NCBI GenBank assembly: GCA_017533795.1
Contig: JAFWIH010000005.1
Location: forward strand, 6,690 to 70,689
Source: Clostridia bacterium
GTDB taxonomy: Bacteria > Bacillota > Clostridia > TANB77 > CAG-508
Reading direction: 5' to 3'
Length of the DNA stretch: 64,000 nt
Shown here: positions 59,357 to 64,000 of the stretch, piece by piece
Layout: the number at the start of each line of letters is the position of its first letter
Position numbering within the stretch: position 1 is the stretch's first letter
Made by a program: the position numbers and the translations under genes
The notes under the pieces: generated by a model
The model's database searches: none
What the model saw: the letters and a program-made list of their open reading frames with translations, nothing else
Told to the model about the DNA's origin: nothing

Positions 59357-60183
59357 AAGGAAATTTATATGTTGTTGCAACACCAATAGGAAACTTAGAG
59401 GATATAACAATAAGAGCATTAAGTGTTTTAAAAGAAGTAGATTTAATAGCTGCAGAAGATACAAGGCACACACTAAAGCTTTTAAATCATTATGAAATAA
59501 CAAAGCCTCTAATAAGTTATCACAGACATAATGAAGAAACAAAAAAAGATGTATTGGTAGAAAAATTAAAAAAAGGGGAAAACATTGCGCTTGTTTCTGA
59601 TGCGGGAACTCCTGGAATATGTGATCCAGGGGAAGGGATAATAAGGGAGGCAATAAAAGAAAATATTAAAATTATTCCTATTCCAGGAGCATGTGCATTT
59701 GTAAATGCATTAATATGTTCAGGTATGGATACTAAGGAATTTATATTTTTAGGATTCTTGCCATTGAATAAAAAATTGAGGAAACAGAAATTAGAAGAAA
59801 TTAGAATCAGCACAAAAACATTAATTATATATGAAGCACCACATAAACTGGAGAATACATTAAGAGATTTATGCAAAGTTTTGGAGAATAGAAAAATAGT
59901 ACTTGCAAAAGAACTTACTAAAATTCATGAGGAATTCATAAGAGGAACAGCTCAGGAATTACTAAATAAACTAGATAACTTAAAAGGTGAATTTATTATT
60001 ATAATTGAAGGAACGTCAAGTATAGATGAAAATAAGGATGAGCTAAACAATCTAAGCTTAGATGAACATTATAAGCTTTATGAAGAAAAGGGATATGATA
60101 AAAAAGAAATTATAAAGAAAATCGCAAAAGATAGAAATGTAAGCAAAAATGAAATATATATGTTTTTTGTAGATAAAAAATAA
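59353..60183 (+). CDS. rsmI: 16S rRNA C1402 2'-O-methyltransferase
   Basis: LYVVATPIGNLEDIT.RA, AEDTR, SDAGTPGI.DPG, ELTKIHEE. Confidence 0.97.
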   Translation: MKGNLYVVATPIGNLEDITIRALSVLKEVDLIAAEDTRHTLKLLNHYEITKPLISYHRHNEETKKDVLVEKLKKGENIALVSDAGTPGICDPGEGIIREAIKENIKIIPIPGACAFVNALICSGMDTKEFIFLGFLPLNKKLRKQKLEEIRISTKTLIIYEAPHKLENTLRDLCKVLENRKIVLAKELTKIHEEFIRGTAQELLNKLDNLKGEFIIIIEGTSSIDENKDELNNLSLDEHYKLYEEKGYDKKEIIKKIAKDRNVSKNEIYMFFVDKK

Positions 60184-60211
60184 AAAACCCTATTATTTAA
60201 TAGGGCTTTTT

Positions 60212-60484
60212 TTATTTTTTAGATTTTGCTTCTTCTTTTTCACTTAAAGCAGCTAGTTTTTTAGCACATTTATTACAAACTAATTTATCATTATATTCTA
60301 CTAAATTTTTTGTATTACCACAAAAAACACAATTTGGTTCATATTTTTTTAAAACTATTGTTGATCCATCTACAAATATTTCTACAGGATCCTTTACCTT
60401 AATATCAAATTTATTTCTGATTTCTATTGGAATAACTACTCTTCCTAATTCATCCATTCTTCTAACAATACCAGTTGACTTCAT
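60212..60484 (-). CDS. abrB: Transition-state regulator AbrB
   Basis: MKSTGIVRRMDELGRVVIPIEIR, LKKYEP.C.FCG…C..C; convergent with rsmI as in Bacillus. Confidence 0.96.
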   Translation of the reverse strand: MKSTGIVRRMDELGRVVIPIEIRNKFDIKVKDPVEIFVDGSTIVLKKYEPNCVFCGNTKNLVEYNDKLVCNKCAKKLAALSEKEEAKSKK

Positions 60485-60511
60485 AATAAATCCCCCTTAA
60501 ATTTTACAAAA

Positions 60512-60518
60512 TTCGACA
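60512..60518 (-). promoter_or_regulatory. Spo0A box in abrB leader
   Basis: TGTCGAA on the minus strand just upstream of the abrB RBS; abrB is a classical Spo0A target. Confidence 0.7.
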
Positions 60519-60625
60519 TCTCTTTTTCACATATAATCTTATCACATTTTTATGTTTTGGTCAATAGAAATGGTAACATATTTTACAAGAAGTGGAATAT
60601 ATTTTATAAAAGTGTGAGGAAAATA

Positions 60626-61204
60626 ATGTTAAATTTTTTGTGGCCAATATTTATAAGTGTTTCTTTTATTTATGCTTTCCTAACAGGAAACATAGATAAA
60701 GTTAATAATTCTATATTTGAATCAACTAAATCAGCAGTTGAACTTTCTATTAATTTAATTGGGACAATGTGTTTCTGGAATGGAATTATGGAAATAGCTA
60801 CTAAAACTAGTATAATAGATAAGTTAACTAAAGGATTACAACCTTTAATTACTTTTTTATTTCCGGAAATAGAAAAAGAAAACAGAGTAAATAAAGAAAT
60901 CTCTTTAAATATTATTGCTAATATTCTTGGATTAGGCAATGCTGCAACACCAACAGGATTAAAAGTAATGAAGTCTTTGCAAAATGAGAATAAAAATAAA
61001 GAAAAAATATCGAACTCTATGATTATGTTTATTGTAATTAATACAGCATCACTTCAACTAATACCAACAACAGTAATAGCAATAAGAAGCTCTATGGCAT
61101 CTTCTAATCCAACTAAAATACTAATCCCTGTTTGGATTGCTACAGTTTGTGCAGCAGCGACAGCTGTAATTATTACAAAAATATTTACGAAAAGGAGCAG
61201 CTAA
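60626..61204 (+). CDS. spmA: Spore maturation protein A
   Basis: MLN..W, WNGIMEIA, ANILGLGNAATP.G, NTASLQLIPTT; ATG 60626 after GAGGA. Confidence 0.95.
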   Translation: MLNFLWPIFISVSFIYAFLTGNIDKVNNSIFESTKSAVELSINLIGTMCFWNGIMEIATKTSIIDKLTKGLQPLITFLFPEIEKENRVNKEISLNIIANILGLGNAATPTGLKVMKSLQNENKNKEKISNSMIMFIVINTASLQLIPTTVIAIRSSMASSNPTKILIPVWIATVCAAATAVIITKIFTKRSS

Positions 61205-61205
61205 T

Positions 61206-61736
61206 TTGAAATTTATAGATTATCTTTCTAGTTCTGCAATGCCTATAATTATTTTACTTATTGTTTTTTATGGAGTATTAGAAAAAAACAAGGTTTTTGA
61301 TAATTTTTTAATTGGTGCAAAAGAAGGATTAGAAATGGTAGTAAAAATTTTTCCTACATTGGTTGGGCTATTTGTTGCAATAGGTTCACTTAGGACGTCT
61401 GGAATTATAGATTTATTAATTAACTTTATAAAACCAATATTAATTATTCTAAAGATTCCTAGTGAAATTATGCCTCTTGCAATGTTGAGACCAATTTCAG
61501 GCAGTGCATCAATGGCAGTTGCAACAGATATTATGAAAAAATTTGGCGTAGATAGCAAAATAGGTTTAATAACTTCAACAATAATGGGGTCAACAGAAAC
61601 TACCCTGTATACAATTTCAATTTATACTGGAAGTGTGGGAATTAAAAAAACAAGATTTGTATTATGTGCAGCCTTAACGGCTGATATAGTAAGCGTTATA
61701 GTTTCTGTATTTATTTGGAATATTCTAGAATTTTAA
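61206..61736 (+). CDS. spmB: Spore maturation protein B
   Basis: F..GAKEG, RPISGS, MGSTETT.Y. Confidence 0.95.
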   Translation: MKFIDYLSSSAMPIIILLIVFYGVLEKNKVFDNFLIGAKEGLEMVVKIFPTLVGLFVAIGSLRTSGIIDLLINFIKPILIILKIPSEIMPLAMLRPISGSASMAVATDIMKKFGVDSKIGLITSTIMGSTETTLYTISIYTGSVGIKKTRFVLCAALTADIVSVIVSVFIWNILEF

Positions 61737-61821
61737 AACAGATTTTTTTATATTTGGGGGGATTTATGTAAAATTCGTCGAATATTATAATAGCATAAAA
61801 TTAAAAGAGAGTGAGGCAGGA

Positions 61822-63600
61822 ATGGCACGATATAGTGAAGATATATTAGAAGATATAAGACAATCAAATGATATAGTAGATGTAATTTCACAATATGTTC
61901 GTTTAAAAAGAAGTGGTAGAAATTTCTTCGGATTATGTCCTTTTCACAACGAAAAATCACCTTCTTTTTCTGTTTCACCAGATAAGCAAATATTCCATTG
62001 TTTTGGATGTGGAGTAGGAGGCAATATTTTTACTTTTATAAGCAAAATTGAAGGTATAAGTTTTAAAGAATCAGTTGAAGTTTTAGCAGAAAGAGCAAAT
62101 ATACAATTGCCTAAGATTGAAAATAGTAAAGAAAGCTATAAAGAAGAATTAAAAGCAAAAGTTTATAAAGTTAATAAATTTACTGCAGATTTTTATCACA
62201 AAAACTTATATCAGCCTACTTCAAAGATAGCTCAAGAATATATAAAAAAAAGAAAACTAAATAATGAAACATTAAAATCATTTCAAATAGGATTTTCTGG
62301 AAAGTTTGATGAGTTATATAAGGCCTTAAAAAAAGAAGGCTTTGGCGAACAAGAAATACTAGAATCAGGTTTAGTAAATAAAAATGATAATGGCAAATTT
62401 ATTGATAGATATCGTAATAGACTTATGTTTCCAATTTGTGATACTAGAGGACGAGTTATAGCTTTTGGAGGACGAGTACTTGATAATTCAAAACCTAAAT
62501 ATATTAATTCACCTGAAAATATTGTATATAGTAAAGGAAGACATTTATTTGGACTAAATGTAGCCAAAAAAGGAGATACTAAAACATTATTAATAGTTGA
62601 AGGATATATGGATGTAATATCTTTGCATCAAAGAGGAATAACAAATGTTGTGGCTGCTCTGGGAACAGCACTAACACAGCAACAGGGATGGTTACTTAGA
62701 AAGAATACAGAAAAGGTAATACTAGGATTTGATTCTGATGGAGCTGGACAAACAGCTATAATAAGATCTCTAGAAATATTACAAAATATGGGATGTGATA
62801 TGAGGGTTTTACAAATGGAAGGTGCAAAAGACCCAGATGAATACATTTTAAAGTATGGAGTAGTTAGATTCCAAAATCTTATGCAAAATGCAATTTCACT
62901 TTTTGAATTTAAGGTAAAAAATTTAAAGCAAGGATTAAACTTAGAAAATAGTAATGATAAAATAAAATTCCTAAATGAAATAGCAAAATTACTTGCAAAA
63001 ATAGATAATACAATGGAAAAAGAAGTATACATTGAAAAGATTTCAAAGACATATGATATTTCTAAAGAAGCTATATATGCACAAGTAAATAAGCTTTCGT
63101 ATGTAAATTCAAAAGGTGGACAAATTCTGGAAAAATCAAAACCAATTCCACATTTAAAAAGGAAAGAAGAAAGCACTATTCCTGAAAATATAAAAAAAAG
63201 AGAAAATACAATTCTATCTATTTTAATTAATAAGCCAGAATCATATAAGTTAATTAGTAGCAAAATAAAGCCAGAAGATTTTAAGTATGACTTAAACAGA
63301 ATAATTGCTAATAGTTTGTATGAAGAGTTAGAAAAAGGAAATAGTAATATTAGCAACGTTTTAGATTCATTTGAAGAAGAAACAAGAAATCATGTAACAA
63401 TGATTATGGCATATGACTTGGAAATAGATAACTTAGAAAAAGCGATAAATGACATTTTAAATTCATATAAAAGGGAAAAACTTGATAATAGAAAATTAGA
63501 AATTATAGAGGAACTAGAGCAAGAATTAGATGCTGATACAAAAAAAAGTTTAGAAAAAGAGCTAAGCAGTATAATTAATGAATTAGCTAAAATAAAATAG
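61822..63600 (+). CDS. dnaG: DNA primase
   Basis: CPFH.EKSPSF, CFGCG, FGGR, KYINSPE, VEGYMD, FDSD.AG. Confidence 0.98.
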   Translation: MARYSEDILEDIRQSNDIVDVISQYVRLKRSGRNFFGLCPFHNEKSPSFSVSPDKQIFHCFGCGVGGNIFTFISKIEGISFKESVEVLAERANIQLPKIENSKESYKEELKAKVYKVNKFTADFYHKNLYQPTSKIAQEYIKKRKLNNETLKSFQIGFSGKFDELYKALKKEGFGEQEILESGLVNKNDNGKFIDRYRNRLMFPICDTRGRVIAFGGRVLDNSKPKYINSPENIVYSKGRHLFGLNVAKKGDTKTLLIVEGYMDVISLHQRGITNVVAALGTALTQQQGWLLRKNTEKVILGFDSDGAGQTAIIRSLEILQNMGCDMRVLQMEGAKDPDEYILKYGVVRFQNLMQNAISLFEFKVKNLKQGLNLENSNDKIKFLNEIAKLLAKIDNTMEKEVYIEKISKTYDISKEAIYAQVNKLSYVNSKGGQILEKSKPIPHLKRKEESTIPENIKKRENTILSILINKPESYKLISSKIKPEDFKYDLNRIIANSLYEELEKGNSNISNVLDSFEEETRNHVTMIMAYDLEIDNLEKAINDILNSYKREKLDNRKLEIIEELEQELDADTKKSLEKELSSIINELAKIK

Positions 63601-63613
63601 GGGTGTGAATATA

Positions 63614-64000
63614 ATGGCAAGAAAAAAAGAAGAAGCTACAGAAAAAAAAGAAGAAAAGAAAACAAAAATTACAAAAAAGGAAGAAGTAAAAAAGGAAGAA
63701 AAGAAGAAAGAAACAAAAAAAACTGAATCAAAAGAACCTCAACAAAAAAAGAAAGTAGCAAAAAAGGAACCCAAAAAAGAACCCAAAAAAGAACCTGAAT
63801 CAAAAAAGAAAGAAACCAAAAAAGAAGAAATACAAGAAGAACAAGTAAAAGATGAAGAGATAGTTAAAGAAGAAATAAGTATTGATGATGAAAAATCAAA
63901 TTTAACAGATGACGAAAAGAGAAAAATAAAAGTTGAAAAAATATTAAAAAAGGCAAAAGAAAATGGAAAAATAACATATGGGGAGCTTGCAACAGAACTA
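63614..64000 (+). CDS. rpoD: Primary sigma factor SigA/RpoD, 5' part (runs off window)
   Basis: Directly after dnaG; ~100-aa K/E-rich leader then region-1.1-like VEKILKKAKENGKITYGELATEL. Confidence 0.8.
   Translation, partial: MARKKEEATEKKEEKKTKITKKEEVKKEEKKKETKKTESKEPQQKKKVAKKEPKKEPKKEPESKKKETKKEEIQEEQVKDEEIVKEEISIDDEKSNLTDDEKRKIKVEKILKKAKENGKITYGELATEL

Noticed and set aside
62628-63356. 242-aa antisense ORF in dnaG and similar shadow ORFs throughout
   Set aside because: Fully nested opposite conserved genes; F/S/L/I-rich composition expected from the complement of A-rich codons

Overview
AT-rich chromosomal window from a spore-forming Clostridia-type Firmicute. The AT bias, streamlined gene order and large SdrD-B/DUF11 surface proteins resemble uncultured gut Clostridia such as TANB77/CAG-508 (inference). 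Most of it is core housekeeping and sporulation genes: pbp2 3' end, minC, rpsU, ymfF/ymfH, a Spo0E-like phosphatase, UDG/ExoIII, gdpP-rplI-dnaB, tilS-ftsH, rluD/rluB, ttcA, tadA, SRP RNA-dnaX-ybaB-recR, ugtP, ypeB, rsmI, abrB, spmAB and dnaG-sigA, plus three tRNAs. Accessory content is (i) two tandem giant wall-anchored adhesin/pilin-like genes, (ii) a cell-surface cluster ending in a 2138-aa GH99/GH71-like enzyme with 17 InlB-B repeats and a dockerin, and (iii) a decayed cassette region beside the tRNA-Pro 3' end, with gene relics, twin terminators and a probable degenerate att copy. No CRISPR array, intact transposase, integrase or prophage is visible, and I cannot claim a clearly new multi-gene system. 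The most unusual signals are two convergent gene pairs that overlap in perfect palindromes and so end in identical peptides, an 85-bp GC-rich REP/MITE-like palindrome, two unannotated distant paralogues 33 kb apart, an Alu-less SRP RNA, and a SigA with a long Lys/Glu N-terminal extension. All product calls come from motif recognition by eye, with no database searches.
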